Positions 8,800 through 19,000 of a stretch of 64,000 nt of DNA are shown in pieces; the stretch's first letter is position 1; each line of letters starts with the position of its first letter. Below the pieces are notes generated by a model. That model saw only the letters and a program-made list of their open reading frames with translations. It was not told the origin of the DNA and made no database searches. Origin of the DNA: a bacterium (GTDB lineage Bacteria; Patescibacteriota; Minisyncoccia; Phycocordibacterales; UBA9973); assembly GCA_037130655.1 (NCBI GenBank), contig JBAXSP010000003.1:4684-68683 (forward strand). The letters run 5' to 3'. The translations under genes and the position numbers were made by a program.

Positions 8800-10554
8800 A
8801 TGGCTATTGACGATACAACACTACAAAAATTTCTCCTTGAATCAAATCTGGTTACCAAGACTGATATTGGTATTGCAGTAAAAAAAGCAAAAGAGGGAGA
8901 ACAAGGTTTTCTTGATGTATTAATTTCCCTCGGAAAACTTTCAGAAACAGATGCGAGGCGTGCACAAGCTTTTGTGCTCGGTGTACCATATGTTTCTTTG
9001 GTCAAAGAAAAAATTGATGCAAACGTGCTGTCTATTATCCCAGAACCTATTGCTCGAAATCACAATATTATTGCATACAAAAAAACAGCTAAGGGGGTGG
9101 AAGTTGCAATGCTCGATATCAACGATCTTTCGACGATTGATTTCATTAAGAAAAAAACTGAACTCAAAATTCTTACTCGTTTGACTGATGTTGAATCTAT
9201 TAAACACGCACTGACATTGTACAAAAAAAGTTTAAAAGCAGAGTTTAATGATTTGATTTCAAAAGAAGCTGACTCCTTGAAAATAACCAAAGACGGCACC
9301 GAAGGGAATGAGTTAAGTGAAGCAGATTTGAAAGAAATGGCAGAAGATTTGCCAGTGATTAAAATTGTCGACACACTGCTTTCTCACGCAATATTGCAGG
9401 GTGCCTCTGATATTCACATTGAACCAGGTGAGGCACAGTTAACCGTACGATATCGTGTTGACGGTATTTTGCACGATGCAATGACACTACCAAAAGATGC
9501 TTCAGCTGGAATTACTGCCCGTATCAAGGTGCTTTCGAGTTTGAAACTCGATGAAAAACGTTTGCCACAAGACGGACGTTTCAAGATTAGTAATGATGAT
9601 GGTAATGTGTCATTTCGTGTTTCAACAATCCCAACGTATTTCGGTGAGAAAACCGTTATTCGTATTTTGCGCGAAAACAGCAAAGGATTTTCTTTGGAGA
9701 AACTCGGTTTTCATGGAGGTGCACTTGAGCGAATTCACGAAGGTATGCGTCAACACACTGGAATGATTTTGGCTTCAGGGCCGACAGGTTCTGGTAAGAC
9801 TACTACTCTCTACACCATGCTCGATATGTTGAATACGCCCGATGTAAACATTTCAACTATCGAAGATCCGATTGAATATCAAATGAATCGCATCAATCAA
9901 ACACAGGTGAAATCTGAAATTGGTATGACATTCGCTAATGGGCTCCGTGCATTGCTTCGACAAGACCCAGACATTGTTATGGTGGGGGAAATTCGAGACA
10001 ACGAAACAGCTTCACTCGCTATCAATGCCGCACTTACTGGACACTTGGTGCTTTCAACAATCCACACCAACTCAGCCGCAGGTTCTATTCCACGTTTTAC
10101 GGATATGGATGTTGAGCCGTTCTTGTTGGTGTCTACACTCAAAACAATTGTTGCGCAACGATTGGTCAGACGACTTGATGATAAGAAAGAACAATACTTT
10201 TTGTCTGAAGGTGAAATGGCTCAGTTGAAAAAGATTATTGATATGGATCGAATGCTCCAATTCTTGAAAGATGAAAAAGTGGTTGCTAATGATGCTAGCT
10301 GGTCAAGCATTCCTTTTTATCGAGCACTCAAAAATGATGAATCAGAAGACGGCTACAAGGGGCGTGTCGGTATCCATGAAGTCTTGAAAGTTTCTCCTGC
10401 TATCAAAGAAATGATTCTTCGTGGTGCATCAGCTGATGAAATTGAAAAACAAGCAAAACAAGAGGGAATGATGACCATGCTTGAAGATGGAATATTTCTT
10501 GCAGTACAGGGATTAACGACAACTGAAGAAGTGCTTCGAGTGGTGTCAGAGTAA
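8800..10554 (+). CDS. pilB: type IV pilus assembly / type II secretion ATPase (PilB/GspE family)
   Basis: N-terminal GspE-N domain, Walker A GPTGSGKTT (~9778-9810), His/Asp boxes, 584 aa. Confidence 0.9.
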   Translation: MAIDDTTLQKFLLESNLVTKTDIGIAVKKAKEGEQGFLDVLISLGKLSETDARRAQAFVLGVPYVSLVKEKIDANVLSIIPEPIARNHNIIAYKKTAKGVEVAMLDINDLSTIDFIKKKTELKILTRLTDVESIKHALTLYKKSLKAEFNDLISKEADSLKITKDGTEGNELSEADLKEMAEDLPVIKIVDTLLSHAILQGASDIHIEPGEAQLTVRYRVDGILHDAMTLPKDASAGITARIKVLSSLKLDEKRLPQDGRFKISNDDGNVSFRVSTIPTYFGEKTVIRILRENSKGFSLEKLGFHGGALERIHEGMRQHTGMILASGPTGSGKTTTLYTMLDMLNTPDVNISTIEDPIEYQMNRINQTQVKSEIGMTFANGLRALLRQDPDIVMVGEIRDNETASLAINAALTGHLVLSTIHTNSAAGSIPRFTDMDVEPFLLVSTLKTIVAQRLVRRLDDKKEQYFLSEGEMAQLKKIIDMDRMLQFLKDEKVVANDASWSSIPFYRALKNDESEDGYKGRVGIHEVLKVSPAIKEMILRGASADEIEKQAKQEGMMTMLEDGIFLAVQGLTTTEEVLRVVSE

Positions 10555-10555
10555 T

Positions 10556-11764
10556 ATGAAATTTCAATACAAAATACAAACCAATACCGGTAAGATTGAA
10601 GCTGGTTTTATCGAGGCACCAGATCGAAACACTGCACTCAAACAATTGAAAGATCAAAATGCAGTGGTAATTTCTTTGTCTGAGAAAAAAGGCAAAAGTT
10701 TCAATATTTCTTTTTCTTTTGGTGGAACATCACTCGAAGACAGAATTCAATTTACAAAAAACCTCGGCGGTATGCTTGGGGCAGGATTGTCGCTTGCTCG
10801 GGCGCTTGAGATTTTGGAAAAACAAGCAATCAAACCTATTTGGAAAAAAGTCCTTGCGTCACTCATTGCAGATATCAATGCCGGAGCAACACTTTCTGAT
10901 GCAATGAAGAAATTTCCCAAAATTTTTTCACCGCTCTTTATCTCAATGACCAAAGCAGGTGAGGAGTCTGGTGGAATGGTTGATGCATTGTCACAAGTTG
11001 GACTTGCGATGGAGAAGACCTATGCATTGAACAAAAAAGTGAAATCAGCCTTGATGTATCCATCTATTATTTTGTCAGCAGTGGTGTTGATTGGAATACT
11101 CATGATGATTTTCGTGGTGCCGACGATTACCAAAACGTTCAAAGATTTGGGGGTAGCGTTACCAAAGACAACCAAGATGATTATTGTCACGAGTGATTTT
11201 TTCTCACACCATCCGTTTATTATTTTTGGATTATTGATTATTATCGTCGTTGGTATCATGGGGTTGCTTCGAATTGGTGCGGTATCTCGTTTTTTGGATA
11301 AATTTATTTTGAAAATTCCAGTTGTTGGCACGATTGCACAAGAAGCAAATACTGCTCGAATCTCTCGAACAATTTCATCATTGCTTATTGCCGGAGTAGA
11401 TATGTTACGAGCGATTTCGATTGCTCGAGACGTCGTTTCAAATACGGTGTACAAAAAAATATTGGACGAAGCAATTGAAAAAGTTCAAAAAGGTGGATTA
11501 CTTTCTGAAACATTCAAGAAATACCCCAAGGTCTGTCCCGTAATGATGGGGGAAATGATTTCAGTCGGAGAAGAAACAGGAAAACTTTCTGGTATGTTGC
11601 TTGATGTTGCAACCTTTTACGAAGAAGCGGTTGATATCAAAACAAAAGATTTGTCTACTATTATTGAACCAGTGTTGATGATTTTTATTGGGGCAGCTGT
11701 TGGGTTCTTTGCGGTCTCGATGCTTTCTCCGATGTACTCATTGGTAGACAGTTTATCAAAGTAA
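10556..11764 (+). CDS. pilC: type IV pilus inner-membrane platform protein (PilC/GspF family)
   Basis: 402 aa, two GspF-type repeats with 3 TM helices; overlaps pilB stop by 1 nt. Confidence 0.85.
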   Translation: MKFQYKIQTNTGKIEAGFIEAPDRNTALKQLKDQNAVVISLSEKKGKSFNISFSFGGTSLEDRIQFTKNLGGMLGAGLSLARALEILEKQAIKPIWKKVLASLIADINAGATLSDAMKKFPKIFSPLFISMTKAGEESGGMVDALSQVGLAMEKTYALNKKVKSALMYPSIILSAVVLIGILMMIFVVPTITKTFKDLGVALPKTTKMIIVTSDFFSHHPFIIFGLLIIIVVGIMGLLRIGAVSRFLDKFILKIPVVGTIAQEANTARISRTISSLLIAGVDMLRAISIARDVVSNTVYKKILDEAIEKVQKGGLLSETFKKYPKVCPVMMGEMISVGEETGKLSGMLLDVATFYEEAVDIKTKDLSTIIEPVLMIFIGAAVGFFAVSMLSPMYSLVDSLSK

Positions 11765-11775
11765 TAAATTGCTGT

Positions 11776-12249
11776 ATGAATAAAAAATTTTTAAAAGCAG
11801 AAGGAATCATTCCAATTTTGGTGGTCATTGCAATCATTGGATTGCTCGTGGCGATTATTATTCCTAATTTGAATAAAAGTAGAAATGAACAGTTGCTCAA
11901 AGGTACGACTGATGATATTGTGTCACTTTTGACCAAGGCACGAACTCAAACACTTTCTTCATATAACAGTATGCAGTATGGTGTGTATTTGAATGCGACT
12001 TCAGCAACTTTATTTGCTGGATCATCATATGTGGCAGGGAATGCATCAAATACGATATCTTTGTTTGATTCATCGATATCTGTAGCAACAAGTTCATTGT
12101 CATTAAATGGTGGTGGTTCTTCGATTTTATTTGATAGGCTCACTGGTGGCACAAACAACTATGGTACAATTGTAGTAAATGTAAGTAGTAATGTAAGTCG
12201 AAACAAAACAATTACCGTGACTAAGACTGGAAATATTTCATCCAATTAA
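11776..12249 (+). CDS. pilin-like protein, FimT/GspH-like minor pseudopilin (non-canonical leader)
   Basis: N-terminus KAEGIIPILVVIAIIGLLVAIIIPNL matches pilin LVVIAIIG hydrophobic core; GspH-like remainder. Confidence 0.45.
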   Translation: MNKKFLKAEGIIPILVVIAIIGLLVAIIIPNLNKSRNEQLLKGTTDDIVSLLTKARTQTLSSYNSMQYGVYLNATSATLFAGSSYVAGNASNTISLFDSSISVATSSLSLNGGGSSILFDRLTGGTNNYGTIVVNVSSNVSRNKTITVTKTGNISSN

Positions 12250-12324
12250 AATGAATTTTTCTCTGAAGAAAAAATAGGACTTGCCCCGTAGCAATTTTGA
12301 TACAAAATATATACAAAGATACAT

Positions 12325-12849
12325 ATGTTTGATTTTAATAAAAATAAAAATAGAGAAAAAACTTTTTTTTCAAAATTTGCTTCGGGTTTCTCATTAGTTG
12401 AAGTAGTCATCGCTTCTTCTATTTTATTATTGGTCGGACTATCACTAGTGGGAACACTCGGTCAATCTACGGTCTTGTCACTACGTGCGCTTCGTGCGAC
12501 ACAAGGATCTTTTTTGTTGGAGGAGGGAGGTGAGGCGGTCAAAAGTATTCGCGACAGTAGCTGGTCGTCATTTAGTGCACTATCTACCTCAACAACGTAT
12601 TATTTGGCATTTAGTACTAGCACCAAAGCTTGGTCAGCAACAACAACGAACCCCGGAGTAGTCCTTGGTTCTTTTTCTCGAAGTTTCAGTGTTGCATCCG
12701 TCGCAAGAGATTCAAATAGTGACATCGTTTCTTCCGGCGGAACGATTGATACCGGTACAAGGCAAGCAACTATTACGGTGTCATGGCCACTTGGTAATGG
12801 CACAACAGTAACAAAAACATTGGTAATGTATTTGTCTAATATATTTTAA
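12325..12849 (+). CDS. type IV minor pilin, PilV-like
   Basis: class III signal G|FSLVEVVIASSILLLVGLSLVG with Glu at position +5. Confidence 0.5.
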   Translation: MFDFNKNKNREKTFFSKFASGFSLVEVVIASSILLLVGLSLVGTLGQSTVLSLRALRATQGSFLLEEGGEAVKSIRDSSWSSFSALSTSTTYYLAFSTSTKAWSATTTNPGVVLGSFSRSFSVASVARDSNSDIVSSGGTIDTGTRQATITVSWPLGNGTTVTKTLVMYLSNIF

Positions 12850-12854
12850 TCAGT

Positions 12855-13352
12855 ATGAGTCCATCATTTTCCAAAAACTATAAGGCTTCATCGCTACTTG
12901 AAATCATTGTGTATCTTGCAATTTTTACGGTACTCTCGACAGTCATTGTTAATTCTCTTTTGATATCAATGCGATTGTACAAAGACGCTCGAACAAATCG
13001 TGAATTTACTGAACAAGGATCTCTTGCAATGGAGCGTATTTCTCGAAGTATTCGAAGTGCAAGTGCCGTGAATGTTGCAAGTAGTACGCTTGGTGCATCA
13101 CCTGGAGTGTTGGTGCTGACAAATGGAACAAGTACAACAATGTTTGATGTGAGTAGTAGTGCGTTGCGTCTGACAGAAAATGGCACTACCACAGGTGCTA
13201 TTACCGGTGGAAGAATTTCTGTGTCATCACTCATTTTTTACTATTACAGTGCAACGTCAACATCAGTCAAAACAGATATTCGATTGACCGATAGCGTTTC
13301 AGGTCGCAGTGAGTCATTTAGCACTACCAATATTCTTCGCAATGCATACTAA
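12855..13352 (+). CDS. type IV minor pilin, PilW-like
   Basis: KA|SSLLEIIVYLAIFTVL prepilin-like N-terminus; its position in the minor-pilin cluster. Confidence 0.4.
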   Translation: MSPSFSKNYKASSLLEIIVYLAIFTVLSTVIVNSLLISMRLYKDARTNREFTEQGSLAMERISRSIRSASAVNVASSTLGASPGVLVLTNGTSTTMFDVSSSALRLTENGTTTGAITGGRISVSSLIFYYYSATSTSVKTDIRLTDSVSGRSESFSTTNILRNAY

Positions 13353-15105
13353 TTTATTTAAAAATAGAAAAGGTTCTGCGATGCTCGTTGCGGTCTTTTT
13401 CTTTATGTTTGTTGGTATTGCAATCGTGACTGCTGTTATTCAACCGGTGGTACGAGATTATCAAGTCGCAAGTGATACGGTGACTTCGAGATTGTCATAT
13501 TTCACTGCAGAGTCAGGACTCGAAGATGCGATGTATCGCGTCAAAAATAGTATGACTATCGGCACGTCAGAAACACTGACATTAAATGGGGCGACCGTTA
13601 CAACATCAATAACTGATACTGGAACCAATCAAAAACAAATTGTTTCTTCGAGTGATTTGAATAATCGTGATCGTTCAATTACTGCAATCGTACAAACTTC
13701 AGTAGGGGTGTCTTTCAATTATGGTGTACAAGTTGGGCAAGGGGGGCTCGATATGCAATCAAGTACCGTCAACGGAAACGTGTATGCCAATGGTCCCATC
13801 TCTGGAGATAGTTCAAGTTATATTACTGGTACTGCAATATCAGCCAATAGTCCTGCGGTGGCATCCGATCAGTCAAATGGTTCAGGAACTCCTGCATATG
13901 ATGTGACGTTTGGTAATGCAAACAGTACACAAGATATTGCACAGAGTTTTCAGGTATCAACTGACACCAGTCCACTCAATAAAGTGAGTTTATATATTAA
14001 AAAAGTTAGTACTCCAAGTAATGCAACGGTAAACATTGTAACTGATGCAAGTGGTTCGCCCTCTTCTACAGTTGTTGCGACAGGTACACTATCTGCTTCA
14101 ACAGTGTCTACTTCATATGGCTGGATTGACGTTTCTTTTTCTTCAAACCCAATACTCGATACCGGTACAACGTACTGGCTGGTGATTGATGCAGGTACTT
14201 CAAGTACTAAATATTATGTGATAGGAGCAAACAGCGCTGGTTATGCAAACGGTGTTGCCAAAAGTGGAACTTCAGCTGGTGTATGGAGTGCTACTTCTCC
14301 ATCTGGTCTCGATGTTTTTTTTAATCTTTATTTAGGCGGTGTGTACGGTACTGTGTATGGTTCTTCAGGTAGTCAATATAATCGATTCAACGTGGGTTCC
14401 GGTGGATCAGGCACAGCACAAGCCCATACAGTAAATTATGCAAACGTTACCGGTACTATTTATTGTCAAAGTGGTACGGGGAATAATAAATCTTGTGACA
14501 CTTCACAATCTGATCCTGCGTACGAAGCGTTCCCAATTTCAGATGCAAATATTTCTGATTGGAAAGATTCCGCAAGTGCAGGAGGAACATCATCAGGAAA
14601 TTATAGTGTTGGTTGGGCAGGGGCGACACTTGGTCCTAAAAAAATAGACGGTAATCTGACGGTGAGTGGTGGAGGAACACTAACGGTAACTGGTCCATTG
14701 TGGGTGACAGGTAATATTTCACTGTCTGGTGGTGGAACAATCAAACTCTCTTCTTCATATGGATCAAACGATGGAGTAATTGTTGCGGACGGAACCTTAT
14801 CGGTGACAGGAGGATCATATGCTACCGGTTCAGGAACTTCAGGAAGTTATATTTTAGTGGTGGCACTGAGTAATTCAACAACCGCCGCCGCTCAAATAGA
14901 AGGGGGTTCTGGTGCGATGGTTGTGTATGCCCCAAACGGTACACTCAATCTAGAAGGTGGTGCGTCGCTCAAAGAAGCAACAGCATATAAGGTTCATATA
15001 GAAGGAGGTTCTACGTTGACTTACGAGACTGGTTTGGCGAATCTCAACTTCACTTCTGGTGCGTCTGGTTCATGGTCAGTCAATAGTTGGAACGAAACGC
15101 AATAA
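13342..15105 (+). CDS. PilX-like minor pilin with large C-terminal extension (587 aa)
   Basis: start moved to ATG 13342; the ORF-track start at 13309 overlaps more. PilX_N-type N-terminus RKGSAMLVAVFFFMFVGIAIVTAV...YFTAESGLEDAMYRV; long Gly/Ser/Thr-rich tail. Confidence 0.5.
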   Translation: MHTNLFKNRKGSAMLVAVFFFMFVGIAIVTAVIQPVVRDYQVASDTVTSRLSYFTAESGLEDAMYRVKNSMTIGTSETLTLNGATVTTSITDTGTNQKQIVSSSDLNNRDRSITAIVQTSVGVSFNYGVQVGQGGLDMQSSTVNGNVYANGPISGDSSSYITGTAISANSPAVASDQSNGSGTPAYDVTFGNANSTQDIAQSFQVSTDTSPLNKVSLYIKKVSTPSNATVNIVTDASGSPSSTVVATGTLSASTVSTSYGWIDVSFSSNPILDTGTTYWLVIDAGTSSTKYYVIGANSAGYANGVAKSGTSAGVWSATSPSGLDVFFNLYLGGVYGTVYGSSGSQYNRFNVGSGGSGTAQAHTVNYANVTGTIYCQSGTGNNKSCDTSQSDPAYEAFPISDANISDWKDSASAGGTSSGNYSVGWAGATLGPKKIDGNLTVSGGGTLTVTGPLWVTGNISLSGGGTIKLSSSYGSNDGVIVADGTLSVTGGSYATGSGTSGSYILVVALSNSTTAAAQIEGGSGAMVVYAPNGTLNLEGGASLKEATAYKVHIEGGSTLTYETGLANLNFTSGASGSWSVNSWNETQ

Positions 15106-15110
15106 AATTC

Positions 15111-15147
15111 AAAGAAAAAGTGCGCCCTCCGGGTGCACTTTTTCTTT
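15111..15147 (+). terminator. rho-independent terminator after the pilus operon
   Basis: AAAGAAAAAGTGCGCCC tcc GGGTGCACTTTTTCTTT. Confidence 0.75.
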
Positions 15148-15163
15148 GTGATATAATAATTGC

Positions 15164-15904
15164 ATGAAATATTTTATTGGAAATTGGAAACTAAATCCAA
15201 AAACAGCGAAAGAGGCTGTTAGTTTATATAAAGCAATTGCAAAAGTAAAAAAAGCAAAAGATGTCATCGTTGCAGTCTGTGCACCGTTGCTATACCTGAA
15301 ATCACTGCAAAGTGAAAAAATTAAATCTGTCGGCATTGGAGCGCAAAATGTCTTTTATGAAAATGAAGGTGCATATACTGGGGAATGTGGACCGCTGATG
15401 CTTGAGCAATTCGGAGTGAAGTATGCACTGATAGGTCACTCTGAGGTTCGCGAACGAGGAGATACTGATGAAATCATCAATAAAAAAATCACCGCTGTTT
15501 TCAAAACAAAAATCACCCCAATTCTCTGCGTTGGAGAAAAAACACGTGACGATGCGCATTGGCATTTTCATTTCGTCAAAGAACAGTTGGTACAAAATCT
15601 TGTCGGTGTTTCAAAAAAACAAGCAAGTGGAATGTTGATTGCTTATGAGCCGGTATGGGCGATTGGTAAAAATGCCGTACGTGAAGCAACGGTGGAGGAG
15701 TGTGAAGAGATGGCGATTTTTATCCGACGAGTACTATCTGATTTGTATGATACAAAAACCGCGGAATCAGTACCGATTCTCTATGGTGGTTCGGTAAATA
15801 CAGATAACGCTCGAGCGTTCCTCGAAAGAGGGGGGATTCAAGGATTACTCATCGGACGCGCATCACTTGATAAAAAAGCTTTTGAAAAAATAATTACCTT
15901 GTAA
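15164..15904 (+). CDS. tpiA: triosephosphate isomerase
   Basis: MKYFIGNWKLN..., IGHSEVRERG, AYEPVWAIGKN, GGSV motifs. Confidence 0.9.
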   Translation: MKYFIGNWKLNPKTAKEAVSLYKAIAKVKKAKDVIVAVCAPLLYLKSLQSEKIKSVGIGAQNVFYENEGAYTGECGPLMLEQFGVKYALIGHSEVRERGDTDEIINKKITAVFKTKITPILCVGEKTRDDAHWHFHFVKEQLVQNLVGVSKKQASGMLIAYEPVWAIGKNAVREATVEECEEMAIFIRRVLSDLYDTKTAESVPILYGGSVNTDNARAFLERGGIQGLLIGRASLDKKAFEKIITL

Positions 15905-15918
15905 AATTTTTTTATTTT

Positions 15919-15950
15919 AAAAACCTCACACCGTGAGGTTTTTATTTTTA
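15919..15950 (+). terminator. rho-independent terminator after tpiA
   Basis: AAAACCTCAC acc GTGAGGTTTTTATTTTT. Confidence 0.75.
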
Positions 15951-16082
15951 AATTTATTACACAAATTTTTTATATGAACATAACTTTTTAGTCCTTAATT
16001 ACCAATGTAATTCTATTGTAAGCATTAATATTTAGAGATATAATAACTAAGTGGTGCGTAGTGGGCATGCATATATAATAAG

Positions 16083-19000
16083 ATGAAATTTTTTCTCAAA
16101 AAACTATTTAATTTTTCTTTCACAAACTTGAATAAAGGTTTTGTATTTTTTGTATCTTTTTATTTGCTCATCTCTACACTAATCCCTTCTTCTGTTTTCG
16201 CTACAGCTGGAGTACCTACCATTTTACATCATCAAGGGAGACTTCTCGATTCATCAGGGAATCTTCTTGGTGGTTCTGGGACAAATTACTGTTTTCGTTT
16301 TTCACTTTACGATGATGCAAATGTTGGAAGTGGTACAAAGCTTTGGCCATCGGGGACTCCAAGTAAGATGACTGTCAATGTTAAGAATGGTGTTCTTAAT
16401 GTAGATATTGGTGATACTAGCGCCGGTGGTGATTTACTTGATTTTGATTTTAATTCTACTGATGAGGTTTATTTGAATATTGATGTTGCTGCTTCGGTGG
16501 CTAATTCTTGTGCAAGTGTCACTTCTTTTGAAACACTTGGCCCACGTCAACGTGTTGTGTCTTCTGGTTATGCAATTAATTCAAAAATGGTTGGTGGTTT
16601 TATTCCATCACAAACCCCTACTGGAAGCAATATTCCGGTGTTGAATGCTGGTGCACTTAATTTGGCTGGTGCAGTGAATGCTGGAGGTCTTACTTTGGGC
16701 ACTGGTGCATCAGTGACAGGAATTCTAAATTTGAAAAATTCTACAAATAGTAATACTATTGCAATTCAATCTGGTGTTCCAACTTCATCATATACACTCA
16801 CGCTCCCAAACGATGATGGTACTCCAAATCAATTTTTACAAACAGATGGTAATGGTGTACTCACATGGACATCTATTAGCGGGGGAGGAGACGCACTCAC
16901 TGCAAACTCACTCGGTCAATTTGCTACAACTACATCTGCACAACTTGCTGGTATAATCTCAAACGAAACGGGTTCAGGTGCACTTGTTTTTGCTAATACT
17001 CCGACTTTTATTACTCCAGTACTCGGAGTAGCCACCGCGACGTCAATCAATGGCCTTACAATTTCTTCATCGACAGGTACATTAAATATTGCAAATGGTT
17101 CGACATTAGCAACAAGTGGTGCTAATGCAATTACGTTTACTTCAACAGGTACAACAAATGTGACACTTCCAACAAGTGGCACACTCGTTTCTTCTGTTAG
17201 TAGTGGTAATGGTGTTTCAGCAACCAATACAGCTGGAGCATTGTCATTTTCTCTCGGTGCCATCACTCCAACAACCGTCAATGGCATTACCTTCTCAGGT
17301 TCATCAACACCAACCCTTGCGGTGACTGGTACGTCTTCAATCTCTGGAACAAACACTGGTGACCAAACAACAATCTCTGGAAATGCCGGTACTGCAACTG
17401 CATTACAAACTGCACGAACAATTGGTGGTGTCTCATTTGATGGAACCGCAAATATTACCGTTGCATCTGCAACCGGTGGTTTCGCTATTTCAGGAGGGAA
17501 CTTAACCACGACTGGTTCTGGACAATTTGGTGCTGCTTCTGGAACAAACGGACAAATCACCCTCACTGGTTCAACCTCAGGTACTGGAATTATTAAAGTG
17601 AATCCAACTGCTGGTGCGGGAATTGTTTTCCAACTTCCATCAGCTAATGGATCAAACGGCAATGTCTTAACAACTGATGGCAATGGGGTCACTTCATGGA
17701 CTTCAGCTTCAACTGGAACCGTGACTGCTGTTTCAGTGGTATCTGCAAACGGTATTTCTGGTTCTTCATCAGGTGGTGCAACGCCAGCTCTCACCCTTTC
17801 TCTCGGTGCCATCACTCCAACAACCGTCAATGGCATTACCTTCTCAGGTTCATCAACACCAACCCTTGCGGTGACTGGTACGTCTTCAATCTCTGGAACA
17901 AACACTGGTGACCAAACAACAATCTCTGGAAATGCCGGTACTGCAACTGCACTTCAAACTGCACGTTCAATTTATGGAAACAACTTTGACGGAACCGCAA
18001 ACCTTGCACAAATCATTGCCTCAAACTTTGGTGGTACTGGCAATGGCTTTACCAAATTCTCTGGCCCAACAACATCAGAAAAAACCTTCACCCTTCCTGA
18101 TGCTTCAGCAACACTCCTCTATGCCGGTGGTGCACTTGGTACTCCAAGTTCCGGTGTTGCAACAAATCTAACTGGTACTGCTGCAGGTCTTTCAATTGGA
18201 GGCAATGCGGCAACCGTTACCAATGCAACATTAACAACTGGTCTCACTGTTAACACCGGAACGGTTACCCTTGTTGGAAATGCAGCAAACACTTCGGTGC
18301 TCACGATCGGTGCTGGAGCAGTTTCAGTTTCTGGAACAAACACTGGTGACCAAACAACAATCTCTGGAAATGCCGGTACTGCAACTGCATTACAAACTGC
18401 ACGAACAATTGGTGGTGTCTCATTTGATGGAACCGCAAATATTACCGTTGCATCTGCAACCGGTGGTTTCGCTATTTCAGGAGGAGATTTAACACTTGGT
18501 TCAAATAGCTTAACAATGACAGGATCGCTTGGTTCTACTGGTGCAAGATTAACTAAAGGTTGGTTTACTGACTTACAAGTAACTAATGCGATTAATGGAT
18601 CTATTACAGGAAATGCCGGTACTGCAACCGCGTTACAAACCGCACGAACAATTAACGGGACTTCATTTGATGGAACAAGTAATATTACTGTAACTGCCGA
18701 TGCAGGAACACTTACTGGTGCAACATTAAATTCCGGAGTTACTGCTTCTTCTCTCACTTCTGTTGGTACATTAACAGGGCTGAGTGTTTCGGGTACAACA
18801 TCTATTAACGCAAGTGCTTCAACAAACACTACAGCGATTGGGACAGGTACCACTACCGGAGCCGTGACTATTGGTGGTGGCGCAAACACTGTAGCAATAA
18901 ATACGACATCATGGGATATATCATCAACTGGTGTAGCGACAGGACTAACAGGTATTACTTCTTCTGGGTCAATTACTCTTTCAGGTCTTGGTGGAGGTGG

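Noticed and set aside
17251-18483. Possible diversity-generating retroelement (template/variable repeat pair) in the giant repeat protein
   Set aside because: No reverse transcriptase gene in the window. The repeat copies differ at scattered non-adenine positions rather than showing adenine-specific mutagenesis. Both copies are inside the same coding repeat array.
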